Positions 13,435-27,591 of a stretch of 64,000 nucleotides of DNA are shown here, in pieces. The stretch spans positions 9,052,001-9,116,000 of the forward strand of contig OZ024755.1 of assembly GCA_964016885.1 (NCBI GenBank), read 5' to 3'. The position numbers were made by a program, and so were the translations under genes. The notes below the pieces were generated by a model. The model saw only the letters and a list, made by a program, of their open reading frames with translations, made no database searches and was not told where the DNA came from. Numbering within the stretch: position 1 is the stretch's first letter; each line of letters opens with the position of its first letter. The DNA is from Eledone cirrhosa. Lineage: Eukaryota.

Positions 13435-13859
13435 ATGTGTTGGTGTATCATAACTAATATGTGTGTGAGTGTGGATATATATGTACGTACGTACGTATAT
13501 ATGTATATATATATATATATATATTTAGACATGCATGTAAGTATATATGTATGTATGATATTAGTTTGTAACCTACTAATCAGAAACATTTACGCCCTCA
13601 CCAATAAAAACATGGAGTGTGAGTGAACGAGAATGTGTGTGTGTCTGTGAGAGAGAGAGAGAGAGAGAGAGAGTGTGTGTGTGTGTGTGTAGGATAGAAA
13701 GAGAGATAGAGAGAGAGAGTGAGAGGTTATGTACTTCTCTAAAAATATATTATGCATATACTTATGATGGGGTATATGGCATTATATAAACAACACATAG
13801 ACGCATACATGTATATGCATGCACATACATATACTATATATATATATATATATATATAC

Positions 13860-13898
<39 letters not shown>

Positions 13899-13959
13899 TA
13901 TATATATATATAAACATGTGGGTGTGTGTGCATTATATATATATTTATAAATGCATGAG

Positions 13960-14007
<48 letters not shown>

Positions 14008-14572
14008 CATACATATTTATATATATACATATATATTTACTCAAACAATTTACTCTAGATCGCACCAGTGCGTGGGATAAATAAATATTTATACTTTATA
14101 TATATATATATATGCGTGTGTGTGTGTGCGTGTGAGTGTGTTTGTGCGTGTGTGTGTGTACATATATATGTGTGTGTGTGTGTGTGTGTACATATATATG
14201 TGTGTGTGTTTGAGTGTGTGTATAATAATACATATATTGAAAGGTGTTCGTAGACAAACAAGAAACAGAAATGAAGGAAAATGCGATAATAAATGTTCCT
14301 TATCATGGGACATGTAGAGAATGTCAATTCATAAGGTTTAAACTTTGCTGTGAACTTTTAATTCCATTAAAAATTGTTAATCTAAATGTTTCTTTTCCAA
14401 CTAAACTCTACAATGCTATCAAATATTTACATAATTGTAATAGTTAAAATGCTTTGTGATATCTTTTTCTGGCTCATTGCGTTCTTAGCTCAAATCCCAC
14501 CGAGGTCAGCTTTGCCTTCCATCATTGCCAGGTTGATAAATAAAGTAATAGTCCAACACTGGGGTCGATTCT

Positions 14573-14678
<106 letters not shown>

Positions 14679-15176
14679 GGGAGAGATCGGTTGTATGTCA
14701 CTACAGTGCCCATACGACTCCACCAAGAAAAGAGAATGGTTTAAGACAATGTGATGAATATGCAGAATCGCTAGAACGTCGGATAAACTATGAGGCAGAG
14801 ATTACACACAGCACCCCAGAAAATGCTGAAGTTAGCGAAAGTTTTTACTCGCACCTCCACTCCTTCGGAAATCCTGATTTGAGAGCCAGCAGGTCCATGG
14901 CAAAATGTGTCTAGCAATTAAAGAAGAAAAGAGTCCCACATGAGATTACTTGAAAGTTACTTGAAAACTCAAGTCCTTATATCAATGGTTCCAATAGGGC
15001 TCCCAAGAGAAAGTTAGCAAGGCGGTACAAGACTCCTTTGTGGCCTGAATCAAGTAAAGATTTTCTCAAAATGCATGTTGTATGGTTGCTGTGGAGCCTT
15101 CTTAGCTCTTAAGCCCTGGAACATAGTACAGGATGGACCCTGCTCTCAAAGGCTCTGGGTACCAAGACAGTGAAAA

Positions 15177-15665
15177 AACAATAATTATTTGAATTTAAAG
15201 AACGAAATTTTTAAAGTATGTCTACATCACAGAGGCGAACTCCTTGCTAAGTGGAAACACGCAGCGAATTCAACTGATTTTCAATCACATTAATATTGAT
15301 ATATATACTTTCTTAATAACTTTTCTTTTACCGCACTTACATATTATGTACACGTTCCATACTGCTCACCTCAGCAGCTTAATAACTATAACATATCTAC
15401 ATTGTATACCACCAGATAATACCATACATCTGCTAAATTACTCACATACAAATATACGTACACCATTTCAAATTTACATTTTTTAGTTATTTCCCGTTGT
15501 TACACTACGTTTAACATGGTATATTTTTAACATCTTCATAGCTCACCCAAGTGCCTAACGTCTAAGTTACAAATTTGATTGGTCTTACAATCTGGAGAGA
15601 TGGTCGAAATTGGGCCTTGAAACCTTAGGTAACGGTTTTGTTCCGTGTATGAACACTAATAGATT
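15177..15665 (+). mobile_element. Penelope-like element 3' end: ORF C-terminus, UTR, degenerate hammerhead (15587-15636), then (TA)n
   Basis: 15177-15293 reads NNNYLNLKNEIFKVCLHHRGELLAKW..*, like the LN.R.E+...C.H....LL end of PLE GIY-YIG domains. Downstream: CTGGAGA..GGTC..GGCC..GAAACCTTAGGTA. Confidence 0.6.
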
Positions 15666-15681
15666 ATATATATATATATAT

Positions 15682-15764
<83 letters not shown>

Positions 15765-15984
15765 AGATACATATATACATATGCATGAACACACATATAT
15801 GCTTACAAAACTATATATATTCATATGTACATACACACATATACACACATATACACACATACATATAACCATTCATACAAACATAAGTACATACATAAAG
15901 TCTAGCATATGTCTTTAATAATTATAAAACTCTACAAATAAACGAGAACCCCGTCTTGTAGATTCTCACCACTTTTGAAGACGA

Positions 15985-16400
15985 ACAACAACAACAACAA
16001 CAACAATAACAACAACGACAATAACAACAATAACTAGACAACAAACAACAACAACAACGACAACAACAAAAATAAGAAATACCACAGCAACGATGAAAAC
16101 AACAAGGATAACAACAACAATAACAACAATTACAACAACGACGACGACGACGGCAATAACAACAAAAATGAAAAATACAACAGCTACGACAACAACAACA
16201 ATGATAACAACAACAACGACAACAACAACAATAACAACAACAATTACAGCAACAACAACGACGATAACAATAACAACAAAAATGAAAAATACAACTGCAA
16301 CGACAACGACAACAACGACAACAACATCAACGACAACAACAACAACGACAACAACATCAACGACAACAACAACGACAACAACAACAACGACAACAACAAC
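15985..16400. repeat. (ACA/ACG)n low-complexity tract with internal duplications
   Basis: Direct observation. Confidence 0.95.
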
Positions 16401-16564
16401 ACAAACTTATAGCAATGTATGAAAATGCGATTGTAAACCAGAACCGTTCCCCCCACCATCACACTTCTGCTAGACAGACAGAAATAGTTCCATTGATGAT
16501 GATGTCTGCCACTCGTCTTTACCTCTTCTTTTTCTTTTTCTTCTTCGTCGCCGTCGTCGCTGTC

Positions 16565-16935
16565 TCTTCTTATTTTTCTTCTTATTTTTCTTTTTTCATT
16601 TTCATTTTCTTCTTTTTCTTTCTCTTTTTCTTTTTCTTTTTCTTTTTCTTTTTCTTTTTCTTTTTCTTTTTCTTTTTCTTTTTCTTTTTTTGTTTTCTTT
16701 TTCTTCTTTTTTTGTCTTCTTTTTCTTGTTTTTCTTTGTCTTCTTTTTCTTCTTTTTCTTCTTTTTCTTCTTTTTCTTCTTTTTCTTCTTTTTCTTTTTC
16801 TTCCTCTTTACCGTTGTCTTGTCTTTCTTCTTCTGCTCCTCTCAGTCTTCTTCTGCTCCTGCTCCTCTCAGTTTTCTTCTTCTTCTTCTTCTTCTTCTTC
16901 TTCTTCTTCTTCTTCTTCTTCTTCTTCTTCTTCCA
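16565..16935. repeat. Polypyrimidine tract (TTTTTC)n and (CTT)n
   Basis: Direct observation. Confidence 0.95.
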
Positions 16936-17204
16936 TGCATCTCAAAGATGTTCATACCAATGTCATCTTGCATACAAGACCTTATTTTTCAAGCACCCCA
17001 CCACCGCCATTTCAAATGTGTGGTTATACTACCTTATACTTCTTATTGTTGTTATTTTTACTGTTGTTGTTGATGTTGTTGTTGTTGTTGCTGATGTAGT
17101 TGTTGTTTGAGTTTGAGTTAATATCTCATCCCCTTATACCACAATTAAATTTGCCCCTCCCTAATTCAGAAATGCTTCCACCGCCCCTATATATATATAT
17201 ATAT

Positions 17205-17590
17205 AAGTGAAATAATAAAATCAAGTCATTAGAGATATACTTCACTGCTTTACGATCGTTTCTAGATGATGATAATACATTGTAGCTATACTCCGTTATT
17301 GATCTATGTAAGGGTGGTGGATTGGCAGTATCGGTAGAGAGTCGGACGCCATGCTTTCCAGCATAGTTACGTCCCTTTACGGTCTGAGTTCAAATCCTGC
17401 CGAGGTTAACTTTGCCTTTCATCCTTACGGGGTCGATAAAATAAAGTACCAGTAATGCACTGGGTAATTGCTGGCCTTGTGCCTAAAGTAGAAACAGTTA
17501 TTGATCTATGTAAGGTTAGTTACAAAATATCAGATAAAGAGAATATTTACTTACATGCATATCACCAGGTGTTTTCAAAAGCTAACTCTA
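17205..17590 (-). mobile_element. Old family D-related hammerhead element interrupted by a SINE
   Basis: Minus strand GCTT-TTGAAAA...CTAGAAACGATCGTA-AAGC resembles 51166-51310 with a decayed core. Confidence 0.55.
17314..17496 (+). mobile_element. Young SINE family 1 insertion with 19-bp target-site duplication
   Basis: GTTATTGATCTATGTAAGG at 17295-17313 and 17497-17515. Confidence 0.95.
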
Positions 17591-17667
17591 CGAATGCCGA
17601 ACTAATGGTCACAGACGAGCGAAACAAGAGATTCAACTGGATGAAGTACCGTGGAGGCTATCCAGAA

Positions 17668-17720
<53 letters not shown>

Positions 17721-18280
17721 GTTGCACCAATATAAGAAATAAATATATTATCAAGAATCTACTAAATATAAATAAGATCTTGTAATACATAAACTTTAGA
17801 AAAAAAGATTCAACAATAAAAACATTTAACTGCTTTTATAGTTGTGCTTCTTTTTTACATTCTCTCTCTTGCTTATGTTTTTTTATTTATGCGAAGCATT
17901 ATCTACCATTCTCAGTCTATCATAGCTTACCAGCTTTACACGGACGTTTAAATAGTTTAAATAAATATTTTACGTTTTCCCCGCCTTTGTAATATTGGAT
18001 GTGAAAGCGATAGAGTTTTCAAGGTCAGAAAAGTTGTTACAATTTTTTTTCATTTTTTCATTGAAATGGGACACAGTTTTACTGTTTTGGAGTAAATGTT
18101 GGTGTAAAATGTGTGTCGGGCATCCATCGGTTAGGACAGCCAAAATTTCAGTTGTTTGAAGAACGGCCATCCTTCTCATGAAATTAACGTGCAAGTGGCT
18201 GAGCATTCCACAGACATGTGCACCCATAACATAATACTCGAGCAGATTCAAGTGCGTTAAACGTTACATTAACGCATATA

Positions 18281-18427
18281 ATCATCAGGAATGATGATTT
18301 CATACGAATTAAATAGTTCTAGATCTGTAGAAGGTTCTGTATAAGGTTCTGCCTTCACTCTACACATGTATTGAATACCTTATTTACTGTGGTTAACCCC
18401 GACTCAATTTGGGATCGACTTATCCCT

Positions 18428-18430
<3 letters not shown>
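18281..18430 (+). mobile_element. Degenerate family A element
   Basis: ATCATCAGGAATGATGATTTCATACGAATTAAATAGTTCTAG..GTATTGAATACC..TGTGGTTAACCCCGA aligns to 9278-9425. Confidence 0.7.
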
Positions 18431-18474
<44 letters not shown>

Positions 18475-18477
<3 letters not shown>

Positions 18478-18850
18478 TGGCGGACTGGTCAGGTTGCCAG
18501 GTTGCCCAATGGCAAGTGAGTCCCAGGGGGCCAACGGTAGCATTACAAGAGCCCACAGTAGTATTTCAGGGCCCACTGTAGTATTTTAGGGGCCAATGCT
18601 TTGCTTTCAAAAAATACCTTTCAAAAAATACCTTTCAAAAAATATCTAAGAGAAAGAATAAAATATTTTTAAAAATAAATAAAACAATTAAGCAAAGAAT
18701 TTGGTCAAGCAATTCCCTAGGAAATTAATAGAAACCAAAATATACGATAGTGCAAATAGTTGGAATCAGTGGTTGTACATTCTACTAAATCTAAAGCTTA
18801 GTGTATTCATTTATGCATGCAAGCAGACATATATAGACACAAACACACAA

Positions 18851-18885
<35 letters not shown>

Positions 18886-19581
18886 TATATGAAAGCAGGG
18901 AGAAAGAGACGATTATTAGGAAGAAAAATATTTTTTTCCTTTATATATAACATTAAGAAAGACATGAACGACACCACAACACTTTGTCTTGAAAATTTTG
19001 AAAGTATGAATTTTCGTAAGATTTTCGTAGTTGTCTCTGGCCTAGCGGTAGGTACTAGAGACGGTGGGTTCAATCCTGGTCAAGAGTTACATGTAACCTT
19101 TTTCAGTTTTATTTTTTACAACCAATTGAAAAAAAACTGAAAGGGTTCACCGGGAATACTACTCCCGACCAGGATCGAACTTCAGACCAGAATCACCACC
19201 GTCCGTGATTCCTCCGACTAGGCCACCGAGACAACTACGAAAATATAATGAAAATTGATAATTATAAACCTACTTTCAAAATCAAAGTTAAAAAGATGTG
19301 GTGTGGTGCGGTTCATGATTTTCCTAGAGCTATTAGTAATATTTAGGGTCGACTTTTGGTCATTATTGAGAGTTTTTGGATTTGGCAAAATACATAATAT
19401 TTTTTATTGGAGAAGGTAAGATATTTTTCCGCAAAAATCTGATTGCACTGTTTTGTTTCCACTTATGTATCTTTTGAAAATGTTATTTATTCATTATAAA
19501 AATTAAATGATAGCATTCTATATGTAGGTGGGCCACCTTCATCTCCTGGCAACCAATATTTTCAGACCCATTCCGCCACTG
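18475..19581. mobile_element. Non-autonomous hAT-like DNA transposon, about 1.1 kb
   Basis: TIRs CAGTGGCGGA...TCCGCCACTG; flanks TATATACA / TATATATA fit an 8-bp TSD with 1 mismatch. Confidence 0.75.
18957..19323. mobile_element. Nested palindromic element with tRNA-like A/B boxes in both arms (possibly a Kolobok-type MITE)
   Basis: Long imperfect inverted arms; TTAA-GAAAGACATGAAC...GTTCATGATTTTTC-CTAG. Confidence 0.55.
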
Positions 19582-19773
19582 TATATATAGAGAGAGAAAG
19601 ATCCGCAGAAAACAGCTGATGAAGGGCTACTTTTCGTCTCTTCTTTGCGTCCCTATTACCATCTTACACTGCCTCTTTACTTATATTTGTGTATATATAT
19701 ATATGTGTGTGTGTAGATGTATATATGTGTGTGTGTGTGCATATGTATGTATATGCATATGTATATATATATT

Positions 19774-19809
<36 letters not shown>

Positions 19810-20255
19810 GTGTGATATCTGTGTGTTTGTCCTCGTAGTGCGTGTGAGTGCGCGAGTTTGTGTGTCTGTATGTATGTGTGTGTATGTGTAAATAAGTATT
19901 TTTATTATCAGGTATTATATGTGTTTGACGTTCGCTTCTGCGTGCTGAAGATATTATTTTTTATGAGACCCCAGTGACTTGAATGTGTGAACGTATTGAT
20001 CTAACACACAAACACACACAGATACGCACATGCATCAGCAATGTTAATATATAATATACAAGCACACACATCCTCATACAAACACACGCTTACTGATACA
20101 CAAACTCATATACACACGCGGTGAGAATATATAACACACATACTTGAAGTATAATAGACCTGCACACACACACTCACACACACTCACTCACACACACTCA
20201 CGCACACATACACACACATATATATATATGTGTGTGTGTGTGTGCGTGTGTGTGT

Positions 20256-20540
20256 GACTAATTGATAGACCGATGTGATAGAGCGTATGTGTATGTCTGT
20301 GTGTATGCGTATGTGTGAGCTAGACAGATTTGATTGTGTATGTGTGTGCCTGTGCGTGTGTAACTAAGTGATAGACAGATATGATAGTGTATGTGTGTGT
20401 GTGTGTATGTGTGCGTATGTGTGTGTATGTGTGTGTTTTATGTGAGTGTGACTAAGTGATAGACATTTGATAGTATGTGTGTGTGTATGTGTGTTGTGTG
20501 TGTGTGTGTGACTAAGTGATAGACATTTGATAGTGTGTGT
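20256..20540. repeat. Minisatellite: GACTAAGTGATAGACA..TGATAG core in (TG)n, about 5 units
   Basis: Core recurs near 20256, 20317, 20361, 20450 and 20510. Confidence 0.8.
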
Positions 20541-21111
20541 GTATATGTATGTGTATGTGTGTGTATGTGTGTGTGTTTTGTGTGTGTGTGTGCACGTCGC
20601 ACGTGTGATTTAGTGTGTGCATGTTTGCATATAATCATTCTTCTGCGGAGATGAAATTCAAAATATATTGCTAACCCCAGCTGTGCGTTGGCTCTATGGT
20701 GGAGTATCTAATCAGCTCTTGCTTAAACCGGTTAATCATGTTAAAAGTTTTCGTTTGATAAGGGAAAGCCTTCGATAAGCCGTGATAATCGGACAGACCA
20801 CGTTGAATTCATCTGCCAGAGATCGGGTGGCGATTTAACAAGAAATAAAGAGGAAGGGAGGAAAGAAAGAAGTGAGACGTATATGATGAGCAACACATTT
20901 ATACACACAAACACATGCATATATATATATATATATCTGCGTATTTGGGTGTATAGATTTATATACAAATATATATATATATATATATATACATACACGC
21001 ACACATATATATTGGTGTGTGTGTCTGTATATGAAATGTTCGCGGATTGGAGACTGGGAAGGCTACAGATCAGGGTGAGGGGCTGTTCAATGTATACTTC
21101 GGTGCAAAGTA

Positions 21112-21165
<54 letters not shown>

Positions 21166-21537
21166 ATAGAGAGAGATATATTCATAGAATGGGGCGCTCC
21201 GCCATAGCCGCATTTTAATGACTAAAATGTGCATACGTATTTTTCTTCATTTTCTCACCAATAGAGAGAAATCTGGTTTCTAACACAGAAACAAGATGCT
21301 TTCATTTGAATTTAGACATCAGCTAGATAACCATGTACGTCTATTCGTCTGCATGTGTGTGTGCGTGAGTGGGGAGTGTGTGTAGGAATGGATGGATATA
21401 AGAATGCACGCATGTAAGCATATTTGTATATATATTATAAAGGGCCGGGAATTGACGGATGAGCTCATGCCGTATTGAAACGTATCGTGTACTCTGTTGA
21501 GTAATGATCTAACCAGTTTCAAACTGTTTCCATCTGG

Positions 21538-21583
<46 letters not shown>

Positions 21584-21595
21584 TTATATATATAC

Positions 21596-21636
<41 letters not shown>

Positions 21637-21719
21637 CTATCGCCGTATTTTGACAAAAGAAATTATTTAGCCTGATAGTGGGGTTAAGAAAACTTGGAGA
21701 AATGGAAAAAGATGAACAT

Positions 21720-21791
21720 TGACGTACATAGAAGTCGAACCCACATCTTTGGTTATCCGGACCACTGTGCTACCATTTACACCAACACATC
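21720..21791 (-). pseudogene. tRNA-like cloverleaf (tRNA pseudogene or derivative) inside a TA-flanked element
   Basis: Acceptor GATGTGT/GTACGTC, D arm GTGT/GCAC, anticodon arm TGGT-ccggata-ACCA, T loop TTCGACT, T5 run downstream. Many G-U pairs and a non-canonical anticodon loop. Confidence 0.6.
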
Positions 21792-21948
21792 ACCCGTCTT
21801 TTTCCATTCAAATTAGAAGGAATAAACTTAGCGACTGTAATGGGATTATACTAAGGTATATCCTAATGTTTGTTGAGTGAGACGGAAGTCGGTCGGAGTA
21901 TTGCTTAAAGCTTTCTCTGTTAATGTATTAAATATATATAACTACTTC

Positions 21949-22039
<91 letters not shown>

Positions 22040-22041
<2 letters not shown>

Positions 22042-22232
22042 CGAAGTAGTTGTGGTAAGGAACCAGATGGACCATAACGCACCAGAGTACTCAATACTTA
22101 GGGTAGTAGAGTGGGTAATAGGAGAAAGTATGAACCCGACGGCAGAGCTCAAGCCGTTTCGACGGCTATTTCTGCTAGTCCAGAAATAGCCGTCGAAACG
22201 GCTTGAGCTCTGCCGTCGGGGTCATACTTTCT

Positions 22233-22237
<5 letters not shown>
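22040..22237 (-). mobile_element. Family B TA-flanked element with inverted 5' duplication and half hammerhead
   Basis: Arms 22118-22174 / 22181-22237; each holds GAA-ACGGC-ttgagctct-GCCGT-C. Confidence 0.85.
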
Positions 22238-22286
<49 letters not shown>

Positions 22287-23324
22287 CTGTTGGCTGTTTC
22301 TCTTATTCATGCCTTAGAATGTTATGCCAACTAGTTTTTATAAGCATACAAACATTTTGAGGTACAATTTTGCAACATAATGAAATAAGAACTAATATAA
22401 ACTTTGAAGAAAACAAAGAGAGAAATATTTTCATATATCTCTATGTGACTATGTCGACGTGGTTTCACATACACATTATGGTGCAACTATGAATATGCAT
22501 ATGCATAATTTATGTAGTCAGCAATTAGATATATATCATTTTCACTTTAGTCAACGTATTTAAAGATCTTTTCATTTAAGTAAATGTGTTAAAGAAGTGA
22601 TAAGACTAAACTTTGGCCCTCATCATTATTTTACTCAATCCATCTTATTTTCAGCACTCGTCAGATTGGAAGATTACAGAAGCAATCAAGAAACTATCGT
22701 GCAAACATATAAATCACATCATAATTAAATAATTGGGTCATTTGGTGAAATAAAAATATTTCACTTTCAAGAAATTTATTCAGAATCAACGGAGATTATC
22801 TGTCTGGGTACATGCGTACACATACACGCAGACAGACACATGCTTATATATAGACACGTGGATACACATACATATACTTAAACAAACGCGTGTGCGCATA
22901 CACAGTTGCATGTGGGCACGTGTAAGCATATACATACATAGATATATAATTTCACACACACATTTACAAATACAAACACATACTCATACATGTATAGATA
23001 CAGAAAAAAACGTACACAAACACAGAAACATACAGACATAGACACACACAGGCACGCACACATACATATATATTCTATTTTTTTATTTTTGTTCTAATAT
23101 TTTCAGTCATTAGACAGTGGCCATGCTGGGGCTCCACTTTCAAGAGATTTACTCTATTCAATTAGACTCTGCCAAATCCTAGCTTGTATATTTTGGTAAC
23201 AAAAAATAACCCTTTTCTGAGACATATTTTCCTATAAATGTATATACAAACACACACGTAGAGATGGTAAGAAGCTGATTCCTTGTTGTATGTCTTAGAA
23301 AAAGCATAAGGAGGTCAAGTGATG

Positions 23325-23715
23325 GATTAGCAGTATCGGTAGAGCGTCAGACGAAATGTTTTGCGATATTTAGTTACAACTTTCTATGTTCTGAGTTTAA
23401 ATATTGCCTTTCATCTTTTCCGGGTCAATAAAATGGTTTCTGATTTAGGCACAAGGCCAACTATTTTGAAAGGAGCGAGGAGCAAGTCGTTTAAATCGAC
23501 CCCAGTGTATTACTGGTTCTTTATTTTATCGACCTCGTAAGGATGAAAGGCAAAGTTAACCTTGGCAGGATTTGAACTCAGAATGAAAATAGCTGTAACT
23601 CTATGCCGAGAAGTATGGTGCCCGATGCTCTACCGATTCTGCCAATCCAAGTAATGAGGACGATATAATCAACTTTCCTTTTCCCTAAATTGCTGGCCTC
23701 GTACCAATGTTTGAA
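23325..23715. mobile_element. Family 1 SINE (+) split by an antisense family 1 SINE (23436-23649, -)
   Basis: Head and centre at 23325-23435, tail resumes about 23655-23715. Confidence 0.8.
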
Positions 23716-24402
23716 AGCATCATTTAAACCATCATTGTCACGAGTCAGTAAAATAGGTTTTTTTCTACGTCTATAAAATTCTAACTTGATATTTCCGAAG
23801 CCTCCGCCCAGTTTATAATTATTGAGCACTCAAGGTTAATGTGTGTAGCGAGTTCCAACGTATTTTTTCTGGTTGTTGATTGTGATCCCTCGACCCTTCC
23901 ATTTATATTTAGCCTATGTTTCAATAGCAAACATATTTACTTAAATAATATTACATTACATAACTTCTAACAAAGTTACGTGTGTCAGTGATGGTGTCAA
24001 GCGTAGAACATCAGTAGAAATCATTATGTTACATTATACTACTGTTTATTATCATGTTTAATTTAGTAATTTCATTTTTATTATATATTTGATATGGGAT
24101 TTACATGCCATGCCATGGCATGGCATGGGCCCTTAATTCCTGATGAAGTTGAAGGGGTGCTATAGTGATATACATCGTATCTTAAGCGTTTAAACTTGGT
24201 GGAGACCCTCCTTCTGCAAGGCTGAACATAGCCTATTTCTTCCTGAGAAAGAGAGTGTAAGCAAACTAGAGTGAAGAATAGATACAGAAGAATCACCAAG
24301 CTCAGTGATACTTTATTTATCGACCTTGAATGGATGAAAGGCAACGTTGGCCTCAGTGGGATTTGAATTCAGAGATCCGGGACTAATACCGCAGAAATCA
24401 GG

Positions 24403-24456
<54 letters not shown>

Positions 24457-25231
24457 TCTCTCGTTGCGAACGTGGAATGAGCTTTCAATTGTTCGATTAA
24501 ATGAACGATCTACTCATTAAATGAACCTCTGAAATGTTTAAGCATTCCACAGACACGTGTATTGTTAATATAGAATTAGCGTGACACAATGCGACAAGAC
24601 TGGATGTTCAAATTATAAAGGTGCATTCGATCTGGAGGCTTAACACATTTCTATCAACCAAGTTTCATTAACAAGGTTTTCTTAGTTACCCACGCTCTGG
24701 TAACAACTACATCTGGTTCTCCTAAGAGGGCCAAATCCTAGACTACATCAGTAATAAAGGATCCTCCCTAATACTAATTATTGTTTGTAAAGGTGGTATA
24801 TGTCTTATTATCAAGTGTGTATGTACCTAAAGTGTCAACTCTATCTCGAATAGATTTTTACTTCGGGGAGTATTTGTTTTTTGGTACAGTTTCTGTTCTC
24901 GACAGTTTTATACTCAAAAGTTGCAATGGCAGGCTACACGGGGATTATGTCCGTTCACACCGCCCGAAGAGACGTATAGTTCTCTAAACAGAACATTCTG
25001 TTGATGAAGTCAAGTTACGACGTCACGTTCGACATATCTCCCTTATATTGTGTATCAGATGCTAGATCGTTCTATCTTTCTCTCCATAAAACTTATGTCG
25101 CAGCCCCAAAAGATTCATAATTTTATGAATATTTCTTGAGCACTTTTGGTGAAAAATATTTCGCGAAGACTAATTATGGTGTACCCTGTGGAGTGCGTAT
25201 GTGTCTTCTTACAGAGTATATACATACACAC

Positions 25232-25333
<102 letters not shown>

Positions 25334-25492
25334 AGGCTTACAAATATATATAAATTCATATATATGCGTATATATGCATATGTCTGCTTGTGTGTGTATT
25401 TATGTATGTATATAAGCATATATGTGTGTATATATATATGTGTGTGTAAATATATATATATATAAATATATATATAAACATATATATATATG

Positions 25493-25555
<63 letters not shown>

Positions 25556-26158
25556 GCAAACATTCCAGGACAAGTTCAAATATGAGGCTTATGTAAGCAT
25601 TCACCGAAAAGATACCCCACCAACCAGAGAGAGAAAGAAGAAAGAAAGGGAGTAAGAGAGGGAGAGAGGGGAGAGAGAGAGAGGCTGAGACAGAGTGATA
25701 GAATAATTATATAAAGACAATAAGTATTTTTTGCAGTCCTCCACCTATTCTTTTACAAAAGACAAACAACAATCGCCATTACAATAACAAAAAAGATCTC
25801 TCATTCTCACCCCGTACTAGCACAAAAACAACAACAACAAAAACAAATAACACAACTGAAACAACTAAAACAACGATTGAAACAACGAAGAAAAACAATT
25901 GGACACCCCCTAACCACGATATGTCACTTCAGTTTATTGATATTGTATGTGTTTCTATTTATGCTTATGGGTATATCTCCTGAAACGACCAGGATTTCAT
26001 ATGCTATGTATGTCTCATGCTGGAGATGTGGGTTGGGGGCTACTGTTAGACATTTGCCAATTCAGCTCTTTGAGAAGAAGCCACTAAGTGTTCTTGCCGA
26101 TTATTTCTTAATAAAGTCAAGCTTCCACTTCTACAGTTTCATAAATATATATATATAA

Positions 26159-26203
<45 letters not shown>

Positions 26204-26248
26204 TGCGTGTGTGTGTGTGTGTGTGTGCGTGTGTGTGTGTTTTTCTGT

Positions 26249-26299
<51 letters not shown>

Positions 26300-26370
26300 C
26301 ATATGTATATATGTATATATATATATATATTCATATATATATACATATATATATATATATACATATATTT

Positions 26371-26402
<32 letters not shown>

Positions 26403-26449
26403 GTATATATTTATATATATGTATATTTATATATATGTATATGTATATA

Positions 26450-26491
<42 letters not shown>

Positions 26492-26503
26492 TATAAATAT
26501 ATG

Positions 26504-26538
<35 letters not shown>

Positions 26539-26540
26539 GA

Positions 26541-26632
<92 letters not shown>

Positions 26633-26661
26633 ATGTGTGTATGTGTGTGTGTGTGTAAGTA

Positions 26662-26737
26662 CAGGGTTTCCCCCAAAAATTACACACTTTGATTAGAATG
26701 CTGTTAAAGTGTGTAGATATTTTGGAGGAACAGCCTC
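26662..26737. mobile_element. Tiny Tc1/mariner-like palindromic MITE (TA target site)
   Basis: TA-CAGGGTTTCCCCCAAAAATTACACACTTT...AAAGTGTGTAGATATTTTGGAGGAACAGCCTC-TA. Confidence 0.6.
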
Positions 26738-26751
26738 TATCTATCTCTCTA

Positions 26752-26816
<65 letters not shown>

Positions 26817-26820
<4 letters not shown>

Positions 26821-26999
26821 GTTTCTATATTTGGCACAAGGCCAGCAATTACCCAGTACATTGCTGGTACTTTATTTTATTGACCCCGTAAGGATGAAAG
26901 GCAAAGTTAACCTCGGTGGGATTTGAACTCAGACCGTAAAGGGACATAACTATGCTGGAAAGCATGGTGTCCGACCCTCTACCAATACTGCCAATCCAC
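26817..26999 (-). mobile_element. SINE family 1, young short subfamily
   Basis: Reverse complement of 13186-13368 with few changes. Confidence 0.9.
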
Positions 27000-27275
27000 A
27001 TATATATATAATGTTCATTACGTTTGCGTAACCTGAATATGTGTGGAAATATAGTTTCCACCAAACTCTGTTCACAGTGAAAGTTTGTGGTAATATGAAC
27101 GCGTCAACACATTATCGAATGATTCGACATGCCAGAAATAACAACTCAATCTCCCTCAAGTGAAAACCCCATTGTCTTAAAATTGTCACATTAGGTAATG
27201 TACTCATAGACTGGAATGTCAACCACAATATTGCGCCATGTGTGTTTATATATACACATATATATACACACACAC

Positions 27276-27445
<170 letters not shown>

Positions 27446-27460
27446 TATATAATATATATA

Positions 27461-27521
<61 letters not shown>

Positions 27522-27591
27522 ACTCACACCAGAAAATGCACACAGAAAAACAGTTGCTTAAAACAAACAGACAACTGCATCTCTACCTCGT

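Noticed and set aside
19612-19650. CTGATGAAGGG
   Set aside because: No matching stem II partner or GAAA-NUH found downstream.
24780-25080. Possible decayed L1/Tx1 endonuclease (SVYVP..RIDFY..ARSFYL)
   Set aside because: Too degenerate to call without a profile search.
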